From Tubiluchus corallicola (Eukaryota; Animalia; Priapulida): a DNA stretch of 64,000 nt. The position numbers and the translations under genes were made by a program. The notes beneath the pieces were generated by a model. It was not told where the DNA came from and did no database searches. It worked only from the letters and a program-made list of their open reading frames with translations. This document shows positions 50,801 through 64,000 of the stretch, piece after piece. Every line of letters starts with the position of its first letter. Position 1 is the stretch's first letter. The stretch lies in NCBI GenBank assembly GCA_030141605.1, contig JAQGDQ010000174.1, positions 62,001 to 126,000 on the forward strand. Direction: 5' to 3'.

Positions 50801-52986
50801 TTAGTAGGAGTGAGTAGGAGGGGAAAATGTGACGACTGTAAGTTAAGCACTCCTAGGTTCGTCCCGGTGGGATGATCTTTATTGCAAAAAGCGTTTAACT
50901 GAATTACTGTCCATGTTCCTAGCTTCTAAAATTCAAATTTGATAAACAAAGTTTTGAAAATTTGTGTTTAGATTAAAATTATTAATAATGAATACTCGTT
51001 AAAATGTAGATTGGTAAGTTTTTAAAAAAGAAATATGCGACTTTTAATCGTTAAAAATGCAGCTTAGCGCTTGGAAAGCCATTTTATAAGTACAGTCGTG
51101 CTAGTTTGGACATTTGTTTACTACTAACTAATATAAACTATTATTAGTTACTGACGGATGACAGAAAACATAAAAATTGCGAACACATTTTTATTGTTAT
51201 TCAAAATGTGTCAAAACGTGGTATATTTGCTGATTGTCATAACATCGCAATACCTGAAAACTAAGCGTGGCAGGTTTTCACACTGAGAATATGTCTGTCT
51301 AAACATCTGTAGTGTAGTCATCAAATTTTAATGGCACATGTGTCATATAAATTTTTTGTTTACCGAAAGTTTAGATCAATTGTTTTAGTCCTGTTATTAC
51401 TCGTAAAATGAGTGAAATTTAAATCCCCATAAAAATATTCCAACATTTGACTCGAAATTGTGTATTTGCGTGATATTATACATTTGTTCCCAAAAGTATT
51501 AAATCAGATGCAAAATATTTCACACAAACTTAATAAAACAATTAGAATGTGGCTAAAAATGTCGAATATCGTTTCTAGGACTCAGTCGAATATGTTTTTA
51601 GGACTATGGTTAATCCCGATAATTTATTCCAATTAATATGTGTACAAATAATATATATATATTATACTTATTATTAAAATCTGCTACTGTCGTGTGTGCG
51701 CTCGTTTGTTGGGGGAGGCAAAGGCAGCCTATGGAAGATGCAGAGGCAATCTTAATATTAAGAAATGAAGGCTTTGGATGTGAACGGTAGTACCAACAAC
51801 AACAAAACGTAAAAATCTTGCAAATCTACCAGTGAGAAAACGTGGAAGAGAGTCTGAAAAAAATTGAAAACTTTTTATACTTTTATTAAAATAGTACCAT
51901 GGAGCGACAGATTGTACAATCAGATTTAATTTCAAGAAAATCTAATCAATTTGTTAATTTAAATGATGGATTTTCCCTCAGTATATTTTACTTTCTCATC
52001 TCATCATTTCGTCAGTCATGTTTAACATGCAATCTTCATTGACAAAAACCAAGATTCTAATTCTTTTTTCTTGTTTGTTTGTTTACTGCTTTACCTCATA
52101 ACTAGTTTGTGAGGAGTTCTGTTTCTTCTGTAACTCACAGAAAGCAAACCCAGTTTGTGGAGGTTTTTTCTTTTATCTTTATTTGCTTAACACACCACAG
52201 ACAGTTCGATTAATACTTATTTTATATAAACCAGCAACAAGTTTGCTATACGTGACCTTTTTTGCGTAATTGTAAATGTACTAAAATAGAAATAAAAAAT
52301 TCGCAATCGGCTTTCCATCCACTTGAAGACAGCATAAAGTGCCACACAGAAACATTGGATCATTTTATTTTCTATTGTTAGATTTTTTCATTAGCTGTCT
52401 AAATTAAGAACTTTTTTTCTGAATTGTTTGAGATAACCACCAATTGTCAATATAAATTCTGTTTAATAAAAAAATTTGTCTATAAAAGAGCAAATACCTC
52501 CTCTAGGCGTTTCTGACTGGTTTGGAAAACCCAGGGAAAGCCACTGTTGATCATTACCAAAACATCAAGTATCATAGCATATACAGGAGCAACGGGATAG
52601 CATCATCCTGACTCCTAAATAGATTCATATGAGCGCCAAAAGCATTCAACACCGCTGTGCTTTCATCAAGATATTACCTGCAGTTGATACATGGGAAACC
52701 CACCCACAACGATTCAACCAGAAGCACATATTGTGTCATATGAACGTAGAAGCGTTGGAATAACACTCGCAGTACTAACATTGGTCGGTATTTAGGTTGG
52801 TGACTGGCTATGTGTGCACTGTGCAGTTTAAATAGGCTGACGATTCAGTACGTGCATTCCAATTACATTAATTGATTCTAATTGATTAAAATGCAAAACA
52901 AAAATACAATTTGCTTACAATGTTTAGTGTTTTGAAATATATGCCTGGTGCTAAACTAAATTTTGTTTTAAAGTTCTAACTACAGA

Positions 52987-54390
52987 TTAAAGCGCAAGAA
53001 AATCTTTCAAAAAGATCAAGTTTAAAAAATTCGTCTTGAAATTTTATATCACTTTACGTACTACCTTTTTACATACAGAACGTCAATCGGCAGTCACGCT
53101 GTATAAAACATGTAAATTTAAACTCCCGCGATGACCGTTAGACGCAGCCATTTTGACGACAGGACATTGGAAACAAGTTTAGATAACATTGTGTAAACTT
53201 TGAAAAAATAATCAAAGCATTCGTAGCGTACATGTCACTAACTGAGTGAAATTTTAAATTACTGTATCTTGTCAATAAGATTAAAAATACGTTTTTGGTT
53301 AGTGAGTGGTGCACCTTGGAATGTAAGTCAGCGACATTTTACCAATTGGTGAAAACATTTTAGATAATTAAACATTTTCTTTTCTAGTTACATAGGTCTT
53401 TCAAGCAGGTAAGCGAAATACTAAGTAATACAGATTTGCATGAAAAGTTTTTTGGGGTATAGTTTAACATTTCCTTTTCTTCCACTGATTTACGTTGTGC
53501 GTATATGACGTCATGTAATGGCGCGGTCGGAACAGTATTGCGGGAGTTTTTAAACGAAAACAAACAAAAAATCATTTCAACGCGAGTACGATATACGCAT
53601 AAAATTGCTATAAAGTAATATAAGTCTTTAAGGCAATTTTTCTGAAACCAACTTCAGGTATCCCTTTTCTTGTTATAGGATACCTGAAGTAGGTTTCTAA
53701 TTGTCCGGTTATTTTTCATACTTTGCACAGTATTATCTAAACTTGTTTCAAATGACAACCCCTGCATGCAAAAAGGCAGTATGTAAGCAGTACAAAATTT
53801 TAAGACGAATTTTTAAGCTTTATGTAATTGGAGGGTTTTCTTGTGCTTTAACGACAACGAAAAGACGATTTTAAAGTATATCCCAAAAAACTATCTATTA
53901 CATTACGTAGCGTTACACTTACCTGCATGACAGACTAATGTAACTAGAAAAGAAAATTCTCAGTCATTTAAAACGTTCGCACCAGCAGGTAAAATGTCAC
54001 TGACTCACCTTCCCAGTGTGCACCACTGACTCACCAAAAAACGTATTGTAATCTTATTGTCAAGATAAAATAAATTATACTTTTATTAAAATAAATTATA
54101 CTTTTATTTAGTTATTGAACTGTACGCTACGAATGGTCTGTTTTTTCACACTTTAAAACTTAAGTGTGAAATTATTTGAAATTATTTAAAACACACTTAC
54201 GAATGGTCTGCACTTTCACACTTTAACCAAAATGGCTGCGCCCATCGTCATCACGGGAGCTAAATTTTCCAGTTTTATACAGCGTTGCTGCTGATACAAG
54301 CTCTGTGTGCAATAGGGCAGGGTGTAGGTGATATGAACTTTCAAGACATTTTTAAACTTATGTAATTAAAATATTTTCTTCTGCTTTAGC
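52987..54390. mobile_element. Cluster of Kolobok-like copies: one forward (52987-~53670) and two inverted deleted copies (~53676-53851, ~53860-54390)
   Basis: Forward copy aligns with 27961-28509; GAGGGTTTTCTTGTGCTTTAA (inverted left end) at 53831-53851; further inverted internal segments to ~54390. Confidence 0.8.
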
Positions 54391-57300
54391 TTCTGATGTC
54401 AGCATAGGGCGTAGCGATGCAGCTAAATGACATTTTTATGTAACCTACCATAAACCTAAGCAAAATTCGCCACATAATTAATGTCCACACATGTAATGTT
54501 GTGTATATTATGCATTTGCATGCTTACAATATTGTTATTATGAAACTTGTGAAAGGGGCAAGGGTTACCATTAATAATCCCCAGGCATACTGAATACCAG
54601 TATAAATATTGCGGTGCAAGAAGACAATAAGAGCGCTGTGTACAGAGCAGAAAGGCTGTCAAACTATCAATATAAATGCTATATTAATTGTTGTATGCGT
54701 GGTTATAGTATCCGTTCTAGGCGTGTAATGATGGCTAAATGCAAACAAATATCAGGGATGTAGCGTATATTATCTGTTATTCACATGGGTTGCGTACACA
54801 TACAAAGTAAAACTCGATGTGATGAGGAAGGATCGATGTTGTAAAGGATCGAACATCGTCAATGTAAAATAATGATACTATAAACTTTTGCCCAGAAAAA
54901 AGCGCAATAAAATTTCAAACTTAAGTATACAGCATGGTGGAACCAATGGTAAACATCAAGTGGAAGTCCACGGTAAGAAGAGGGCATGATGGTACCTAAA
55001 GGTCAAAGATCAGTAAAAGGTCAACATTTATAAGACGTTCTAAAAGTAAGAACTTTAACAAGTAATGCATATGATCTATATTAAAGCATCCATTGCTATC
55101 TGTTCATATCAGTCCATTCAAATCAAAAAAAGTTGATTCTGATCCTTATGGTACTGAAATCCTGGGATATGAAGACGTTGGAAAGGAGGTGCAAAATTTC
55201 TGCCACTGGTCACGAAAGTGCAACAATGACACAGAATGTTTAACGAAGACAAAACCGTATTGAAGTATTAGTTTCAGTAACCCCATGGATGAGATCTGTG
55301 GAATGTCCATTTGTATTCGTCCCTTGCTGCTATCACTGAACAAAGTCTAAACGAACACGGGCTATTTAGCATTGACGCTTTTGAATAGTGGGACTTCGCG
55401 AACAATAACGTTAAATAACCAGCTAAGCCTGTTTCTTTTTTCCGTCCTTGCAGAGTCAATGCAGACACGACTTCCTCTCAGTTCCTGAAGCCAATTCCCT
55501 TAGGGTTTCGGCGCTCATTCTCAGTGGAAGCCATGGAAACGTGTAGGTGTACAGCGGCAAAACCCGCCGCTCTGCTGGTCACTAAGTGAAAAGAACTGCA
55601 AGAAATTTAATCAAGAGCTTGCAATAATATTTTTCCAGACAAAAAATCTGCTTGTGGTCTACTCAAGCCAAACTCATCTTGAGCGAGCTATAGACTATGA
55701 AACACTCGGCTCTATTCACGTACTGACTACTAAAACTCTTTTATTTTTTATTATTTTAATAGGCTTATCTTATATTTTAGTGTATTGCATTTTATATGGT
55801 CATTAGTTACCGAAATGAACTTAAACTTAGCTTAGAAACCTGGATCCGTGTTAAAAAGTTTTAGTAATTTTTTTAAGTTCTTCAAGCCTAGTTCTGTCTT
55901 TCCACGAAAGCTAGTCTGCTAGGCAGGCACTATACTATTAACTAAAATGCAACTCAGAGCTCAGTGACAAAAATTCAAATAAAATTACGTATAACACGTC
56001 TCAGAAAATTTCCTGTCCACAGAAAAAATAATGGGAGCCCGACGCATTGCAGCAATTATGATTAATCTCTTCGCCTGGTCTTTATTAGTGATTAACAAGT
56101 AACCTGAGACAGACAATGATGATGTAATGGTACCTGTTTAATCACCTGTAATTATCACAGCTGGCACCTCGCCAATATTGGCCTGCCGATGAAAATCATC
56201 TCATTTATCAACTGAAACATTTAGTTTTTCATTACTGCTGTTAACAGTCCTTTAAGCATTAGTTAATTCAAATTTTCAACAAGAACTAGGGAGCTAAATT
56301 CTTGAATTTCAGTTGTGTTAATCTTGTAAATTTCAACTTCAGACCAGAAGAAAGTACCCAAGCATATGGAGACGGTTGGTGGCTAGGCGGCTGTGTTAGT
56401 ACTGGTTATTACGCCTATTTGTGTGTGAACATTATAATAATAGCCGCTCCAAGCGACGTATATGAAACAAAACTTGCTCTTACGACTCCATTATCTCAAC
56501 ATAGTGTTATTATTAAAACGAAAACGCAAATGCTTATAAAAATATAACACGTCATAGATATATCAATTTAACATAATGTGTAAGAATTAAATTCTAACCA
56601 CAGGCGGTACTAACACTAATACATTGTAGCACAGCGCCATTAAAAATGATCATCACCAACCAAGGGGCTGACCAATTGGTCTTTCGCTACCCTTTCTTCA
56701 CAAAATGTTTTTCAAATTATTATTTGTATTATAACTGTGTGTATTGTAAGACAATTATAAGATTATGCTTAAGTTATTTTTATAGTTTGCGTTTGTATCA
56801 TTTGGCTTAGTTAGCTCAAACGCAATAGGAAGTCATGTGTAATAAACTACATGCATAAACGAAGCGTCAGCAACCAGTAAATTTTAAAATAAATCATAAT
56901 TCACTACCTTTACCTGCTATGTTTAACACGTGATGCATTTGCAGATCATTTTAATTACGTAATCATGACGTATAAATGTGGGTTCTAATTAATCTGATTT
57001 TTGATCAGAAATCATCTGATTCCTTATAAACTTTTACAGTTCTACGGAATCTGATACTTAGTCCATATCTTACATAAGTGAATTTATATGCTTATAAAAT
57101 TGTAAACATACATCATAGGCATTTTAAAAATGGATTTAAAAATCCTGTTTAAAGGCGTTCGCAAACTTTAGTAATGCAGATCGTGAAACTTGAACTGTAG
57201 TAGTAGCCTTAAAACGGCATAATTACATAAAAAGTAAATGTGTTTAACACCTCAAAGAACTTCTAGTCCGGAAACCTTTCATCTTTTATATTCGTCAAAC

Positions 57301-59249
57301 AGGACACAGTGGACAGTATATGATGTTTCCTGAAGAACAAATAGTGTCGGCATGTGTTTCCAACTGAAAAAGTTTGCGGAAATTGAAGCTCTTAGAATAA
57401 AATTGCTTCAAAGTTCTTTTTTACTTTTGTTTTCAAAAGTGTTTTAACTGTGTTAATTAAGAGCAAAATAAATGTTCGCAAAAACCTCCAATGTGTTTCT
57501 ATTGATACGGAAAACATTATCACTCACGTTCGAACGTTATACTGTTCAAGCACTTTGAATTTTTTTCCGTTTTCCAAGTAGGAAGCAAGTCATTATTATA
57601 GGTCTATGCTTTTCCAGTGGTGCAAGTTGTTTGTATATGCGTGGTGCTAGTGATTGTTTAGTTAAAAACTGTTCTGCAGTCGTGGATTTAAGAGCACCCC
57701 TGACTGTGCGCTGCCCACGCCACAATGGTGTTACGATGGCTAATTTGCCGTTAGCACCCGTTTAATACAGCTGACTGGATATTTTATGACCGAGGCCCGT
57801 CTAATTTCCGCCAAATATATAGCCGCCGTCCAGGCGCTCGGCTATTATTATTATAGCTTAGACTGGGTTTTAATTCTTAATACTGGCTAGTCAGGCTCAA
57901 TAGTCACATGTAGAAAGCGCTAGAGAAGACGGTAAGTAGATTGAAGAGATTGGAATTGTTGCTCATTGGCTTAATTTTACACCGTCTTCTACCTTCTGTT
58001 TTAGATGTGTATTAGGTAACCTTAGTGACCTACTGATTAAGGTACACCTGTGCAAGTAGTTAAATACAAATATTTTAAGTAAGATTATTTGATAAAACGT
58101 TCGAAGTTTGCTTATAGATAGAGAGATCCCTGGTAGTTAAGGACGTCTCCTGATCTAGAGATGAGTAGAAAATCCTGAATATTCTAAGTTGATAATCAGG
58201 ATCAGGACGCAGGGTTATTGGTCAGTCACTTGTAGACAATTTGTAGCAGTTTACACCCCTCCCTCTTTCAATTAACACTTACGCAAGGTGAACGTCATGT
58301 TAATCAAACGATCTGGCATTAGGTGCATGACCGTCAAGGACTTACTACGATTCTGAATTTTGAAGTTTGGTGAAGAAAATCCACTGACATACCAATGATC
58401 TATCCCACTTTTGATGTCAGAGTTTTGCGATGTGATTACAAAACTTGTTGTTGTTTTTTACATTTGGAATAAGAATGTTTCTCAGTATTGACATCTTTCT
58501 TGTGAAGAAGTTTGAAATATGGCTGCGTGTTTGGTACAATCTGTTATTCTTAAAATGACTAGATAAGATTATATCACTGCTGACAATCATTTTTCGTGTC
58601 ATCATTTTCCAGATTCAAATATACAAGTTTTTCGAGAATTGGATCAATTCTCTGATTTTAGAAAAAAACCGTTTAGCTGTAGTGAGACAACTCTAATGGT
58701 CTCAACTTCTACATATCATTGTCGGCTCAAATCGCTCGTTTTTATCCGAATATGGCCAACTTCTTTGGACATTGTTGACAATATTGCGACAAATCCACTG
58801 AAGACGGGTATGTCTAAACACTCTGGCGTGGAGGCTGCAATCTAGTCAGGGACAAAGACAGTTTTCTGTGTTGATATTTCTCTGACGATTGAAATTCCTA
58901 AACATCTTTGCATGGGTTTGGTGTAAGCTACATTACGGGCTTGGATAGAGACAATTTCTGTATGTTGAGATATGTCTCCGATGATGGAGGCATCTAAACA
59001 TGCTTGCGACCGTGGCAACACTGATATGGCTAATTTAGCTGACTGGTGCCGTAGCTAGGTTTCCTTTAGCCTGAGAAAACAAACTACTGCAGTAATTCCC
59101 GTGATTCAAACGGTCGGGTGCCAGCAACCACACTGACGGTTAAACACTCGCGCAGACAACCTCGGCTACTGTTTGCTAGTCGTGTTGACTTCTCTCACTT
59201 AGCGCTCACGCTAATAAAACTAAGCCAGGCGGGCTGAGTGCTGCCGGAG

Positions 59250-59368
59250 CCAGTCTTGATGAAACAGTTACGCGAGTGATCGCGGCTCTGATAGGTGTTT
59301 AGCTATGAGAAATATGTGGAGATTCAGGCGATATTTGCTAACTGAAAAGATCGAAAAATACAAGACAG
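59250..59368 (+). other. Putative noggin 5'UTR exon
   Basis: GC-rich stretch with TATA-like TAATAAAA at ~59212 and Inr-like CCAGTC at ~59249; CAG|GTAGAA donor; strong acceptor at 60161-60162. Confidence 0.5.
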
Positions 59369-60163
59369 GTAGAAATAGTGTTTTAGCAAAAAGAATTTTG
59401 TAACGCACAAGGTAGTGATTTATGCATAGAATTATTTGTTTGCATTTTTACCTGAGTTCATAATTATCAATGTGCAATTTCACAGTAATTTCAGGAGATT
59501 TTTGTGCTGTAAATATATTATAAGTTACTTCTTTTAGCAAGAGAAAATAAAAGTTTTTGCTATTTTTAAAATACTCCGTTGTTTTTTAATTTCAGTTACC
59601 GAAAAAGAATGTTTACTGGTTTATTTTTTCTCGTTTATGTATTCTTATTTTTGTTTACTTTTATTGATGTCTGAATTTACAACTTGGTTTTGCTCAAGTG
59701 AATAAAGTTTCACATTTTATGGCTTTTTTGATTGATATGAATCGATTAAATATGTGCAAATATGAAATAATAAATTTGCAATACAATGTACCGATCGATA
59801 TTTTATACATCTGCTAGCTTTCAGATTCGGGAAAGGAAATCCTTGTTTTTAGTATTTCTGGCTCAAACTTTAATTATTGTTTCCGAAAGTCTAGAGCCTT
59901 TGCAAACAGAAGTTAAACCGAGATTTGTGCGGTTCTTAAATTGCGTTTACCGCTCGCGTGGCGCCTTACAAGTATCCTTGTAAACAAAACCGGCGAGGTT
60001 AAATGGAGGAACTGAACTCGTAGATCTTAATGATCCATTTAACTGTTGCCGCTTGCGTCGTCGGCGCTATGAGCTTTATACATTTAACGTCTTGATCTGC
60101 TTTCCCTTTGAGATGACGTTGTAGATACAATCTATAATGCAGTTTTTGTTTTTGCTTTTCAGA

Positions 60164-60871
60164 ATGACGAAAATGACCCACACACAACAGACGCTAGTGC
60201 TTTTCTTTACACTGTGTTTGTGGTTCAGTGAATGCAAAAATCAACACCTGTTGGGTATGGCGAGACGGATGAGACCAAAACCATCAGATGATTTACCTGT
60301 CATAGACCTTATAGAACCAGCAGGTGAAATGTTTGATCCCGCGATTGAAAATCTCGACTTTAAGACTTTGAAGTCACTTCTCGGCAAAAAGTACAATAAG
60401 GAGTACACTTCTGTTACTCGTCCGATTGAGGGGATATTGCGCCCTAACGGAACGTTGTTCTTCGGTTATAAACAGAATAAGAACGGTCGGCCTATCGGTA
60501 AAGGTATGCCGAACTTTGTGCAGAAATTAGACAATCATGACATACCTGGCAAAAAGCAATTTAAGTTGCGGGTGAACAAAAAATCAAAAAAGAAGTTTCG
60601 ACAGTGGTTGTGGGCGCACACGTATTGCCCGGTCGTGCACGTGTGGAAGGATCTGGGCGTCCGATTCTGGCCTAGATGGATTCGGGAAGGACGGTGTTAC
60701 GACAAACCTGGATATTCGTGTTCGATTCCTCCCGGAATGTCGTGTCGGCCGAAGAAGCCAGTGATGATAACTCTTCTGCGGTGGCATTGTCCACGTTGGA
60801 GTGCAAAGAGTCATTGTTCCTGGATTCACATTCAATATCCCATCATTGACGAGTGCGAATGTTCGTGCTGA
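60164..60871 (+). CDS. nog: Noggin (secreted BMP antagonist), single coding exon, 235 aa
   Basis: Signal peptide; clip motif RPKPSDDLPVIDLIE; basic heparin-binding stretch; cystine knot CPV..WKDLGVRFWPRWI..G.C...SCSIPPGMSC...IQYPIIDECECSC. The ORF-track ATG at 60137 lies in the intron upstream of TTTTCAG; ATG 60173 is an alternative start. Confidence 0.96.
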   Translation: MTKMTHTQQTLVLFFTLCLWFSECKNQHLLGMARRMRPKPSDDLPVIDLIEPAGEMFDPAIENLDFKTLKSLLGKKYNKEYTSVTRPIEGILRPNGTLFFGYKQNKNGRPIGKGMPNFVQKLDNHDIPGKKQFKLRVNKKSKKKFRQWLWAHTYCPVVHVWKDLGVRFWPRWIREGRCYDKPGYSCSIPPGMSCRPKKPVMITLLRWHCPRWSAKSHCSWIHIQYPIIDECECSC

Positions 60872-63800
60872 ACGTATAATTGTTGTTACATGAACTATAT
60901 AATTATATAGAAATTTGTAAATATCGTTGATTTCTCATTATTATGAAGTATTTAAATGTTTGCGATTTTAATTGTCGCTTCTTGCGACTCTGACACTTTA
61001 TATTATGGACGAATCAAAAAGAGCAGTGACAATTTTTTGGCTATTTGTTCTTCTTCATTATATAAAACTCTAAAAATAGCTGCAACAGCCCTAATATATT
61101 AGAAAATTTGTGCAATTTTACTTATTAATACTGCACATACATTGTACATATTAATTTGTACGTCTTTAACGAACTGTTCACAGTTAAGAGAAAACTTTAT
61201 TTAATGTATTTAATGAGCTTCCCACAAATTATCAACAGTTGTAAATCCAAATCTAAAAAACAATTTTCGGCGATATGCTAAATAGGACAGGTAACAACAT
61301 TATGTAAATTCATTCAAATATTGAAATAATTTTTACAATACATGTAGTATAATAGGGTGAGTAGTGTTATTTGCATCTTTATATACCTCATATTGTTAAT
61401 ACAGAATGCAAAATTTCATTGATATGTTAATCTGTGAAACCTTCAGTGTTCGGTTCTACCGAAGTTCAATGTTTTCGCGGCTGTTGCTCGCTGACTACAC
61501 AACTTATAATAGAGAAATATGAAATTAAATTATTTAAAATTCCTTTCTAGCTCATTTTGATTCGTCCATGGTATGTGTGTATACCGGTAGACATAATGTT
61601 ACGCGTTACGCACGTTGTTAAGTGCGCAAGTACTGAAACGGAAACTTGTATAAATGTTATAATATGTATTTATGAATGTACATACCTACCTATACATATA
61701 TGTTGTTTGTACATAGCGATAACAATGTTAAACTGTAAATAAATCTGTGTGGTATAGCTTAAGAGCTGTATTAATGGTTTCGGCAGTATAGTCACCATAT
61801 ATGAGTAGATATGTCACAAGGCGGACATTAAATTTATTCGGATGTCTAACGATGGTGTGGTAATGCCTGTTTACACATTCACCGAGGAATTCCTCTGAAC
61901 CGCAAAAGCTAAATTAACTCTTATCAACTACAGCTTGAATATCAATGTACACACTTCTGTTTGTGCAATATTTTCAGACATATATTCCGTTGTGAACTTA
62001 CGGTAGTTTGTTAATACAAGACACTGCTTCGCCAGCCAGCAGTACAGGCGAAAGTGAGAACAGAGAATAGTAGTCAAACTTGTTCAAAAATGCATAATAA
62101 GGTTGGAAGTTACGTAATATGATTCCTGGTGTGGCTAAACATTGCCAAAGTGTGACTTTTAGTTTTGTCCTCTAACAAAACTCGTTAAGTGATGTCCTTT
62201 ACTAATTTTTCCAAACTCGCGTAAGCAATGAACGTGTAACTAGCGTTTAATAAATATCGTACGATATACTCAGTGACGTTACAACAAAAAATCGCTGTGA
62301 AACAAAGAAGTTCGCAGATTTTTTACTAGTTAACAATCATAAGTGCCCACATTAGCACAAAAACTCTGCGATTTTAGCTGCACAGTATAATAAAATATAT
62401 CTAATAAAACTGACAACTGGCACAAACATTGAAAATTTAAATATGTTTTCGTACATAGCGGTAGATTTATTAATTTATATTATTATACTTTCATGCGACC
62501 ATTGCTTTTTTAGCCTGTTGAACCTAATAAAATTTGACAGGTGTATATGTATACAAACACAACAAGTAAATAAACACAGCAAAAAATAAGGAAAACTGAG
62601 CGAATATTACTACATTAGTTCGTCATATAGGTACTGTTAGGTGATACTCTGTTCATAATGTATTAAATTATATGTACTGCATGCATGAAGAGTAGAATAG
62701 AGATTTGTAGAGAAAATTCTTTCTAGAATAGCATTTACAATCACCAGCAATGTTATGTCATTTCATTAGGGTTACAGTGAAGAGTATGACTTAACTAATA
62801 ACTGCATGTATGATTGATTTTTATGACACAAAAAATTCGTATTCAAGTTCGATAAGGCTTTCAACCCAATCAGGTATAAAATACATGCCAAACAACAAGC
62901 GTTTAACAAAAAAGCACACAAAAGAAATTAACGTGTAAAAAGATAATGATCATCAATTTTATTTCAGAAGACATGCATAACAATTTACATAATTATCTTG
63001 TTTCTGTTAGCGACAGTTTTTGTCCAGCGAAAGTGTTAACCACTTTTTGTCCAGTGAACCTGCCCTACACGTGTCATTACATGTGTCAATACATGGTTTT
63101 AACTCACAAAAATTCTGAAAACAAAACTGTTTCTGTGATTATCACACATGCAGTCATTGATCCGCTTAATGCTTTTAGAAGGTATGTCTAATCAACACAT
63201 AAAACATTAATGCCATAATGATATACATTTTATTTCAATTTAAACTGATTCCAAGTTCGAAGAAAACAAAACAGTTTATAGAACTAATAACTGCACCAGC
63301 ATGGACGAATAAGTACATAATGCATGTTGAGAAAAGGCCTGTTCATTTAATGCACAGTTTAGTATTTAACGCGTAGATTTGTATTCCGTGAGAGTAGTGG
63401 CTAGCGTTATCACTTGGCTTCGTGAGTAGAATTTCGTTTACCAAGAACTATTACCTCCGCTCCAATGGCTTCATCAGTGGTTTCATCCTGTCAGCTAACG
63501 TGCTAACAACGAAGCAACTTGAAAGCAGCTAAATCAGATCGCGGAAGCCTGTCATTTGTGAATAATGTACAGGATTATGTGATAATTAGAATTTATCGCG
63601 TAGTCACATTTTAAAATTGGTTAAACTGGAAATTAAGTTAACCCAAAAGTCAGTTGGTAAGTGATCGCATCGCCCACGAATTTTGCGTATTTACTAACAA
63701 TAGATTGGACCATATATTGCTTATTGTGCAGTTTTTGTCTGCTGTGACCTTCATATTGTCCTTAAACTCGCTTTGCCACAATCTCTCATGTATTACTCCC

Positions 63801-64000
63801 TATAGTCGCTGCGACAGGGGAGTAGATTGGACACTGCTGTCAACTTTCTGTTTTAATAGGTACCCTACGCCAAATTCACGTATAATAAATAGCTAGGTTC
63901 ACGTGTGCACCAAGTACTATGGAAATTTTAGTGACGTAATAAACCTTTATAAATGCCATCACAAAATCGTTGCAAAATCTGTAGCACTAAGCGTTAAAGC

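Noticed and set aside
55146-55468. Decayed RT (QMDIPQISSMGLLKL versus GVPQGSVLGPLLF)
   Set aside because: A single weak motif with no YADD-like or other RT motifs identifiable.
60137-60163. ATG at 60137 as the noggin start
   Set aside because: The extra MQFLFLLFR is simply the polypyrimidine tract and AG acceptor.
63425-63500. Hammerhead ribozyme (minus strand CTGATGA...GAAA)
   Set aside because: Stem II cannot close next to GAAA and no stems I or III are evident.

Overview
AT-rich, microsatellite-laden genomic DNA from an invertebrate animal. The species cannot be fixed; the myosin residues look protostome-like. Three protein-coding genes are supported. (1) The 5' half of a muscle (striated-type) class II myosin heavy chain on the minus strand: TATA box at 15420-15426, a short non-coding first exon, then 10 coding exons running off the left edge. 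(2) A two-coding-exon secreted prepropeptide on the plus strand (35811-35961 + 36977-37350, 174 aa) joined by a GC-AG intron, which the ORF track splits in two. Its C-terminus resembles insect RFLamide, and it is the most interesting item in the window. (3) A canonical noggin (60164-60871, +) with a probable 5'UTR exon. The remainder is intron or intergenic DNA containing one recent RTE LINE insertion with a 17-bp TSD, decayed L2/CR1, Penelope-like and hAT fragments, several MITE families, SINE remnants, minisatellites, microsatellites and candidate enhancer motif clusters. All family assignments come from motif recall, not from database searches.
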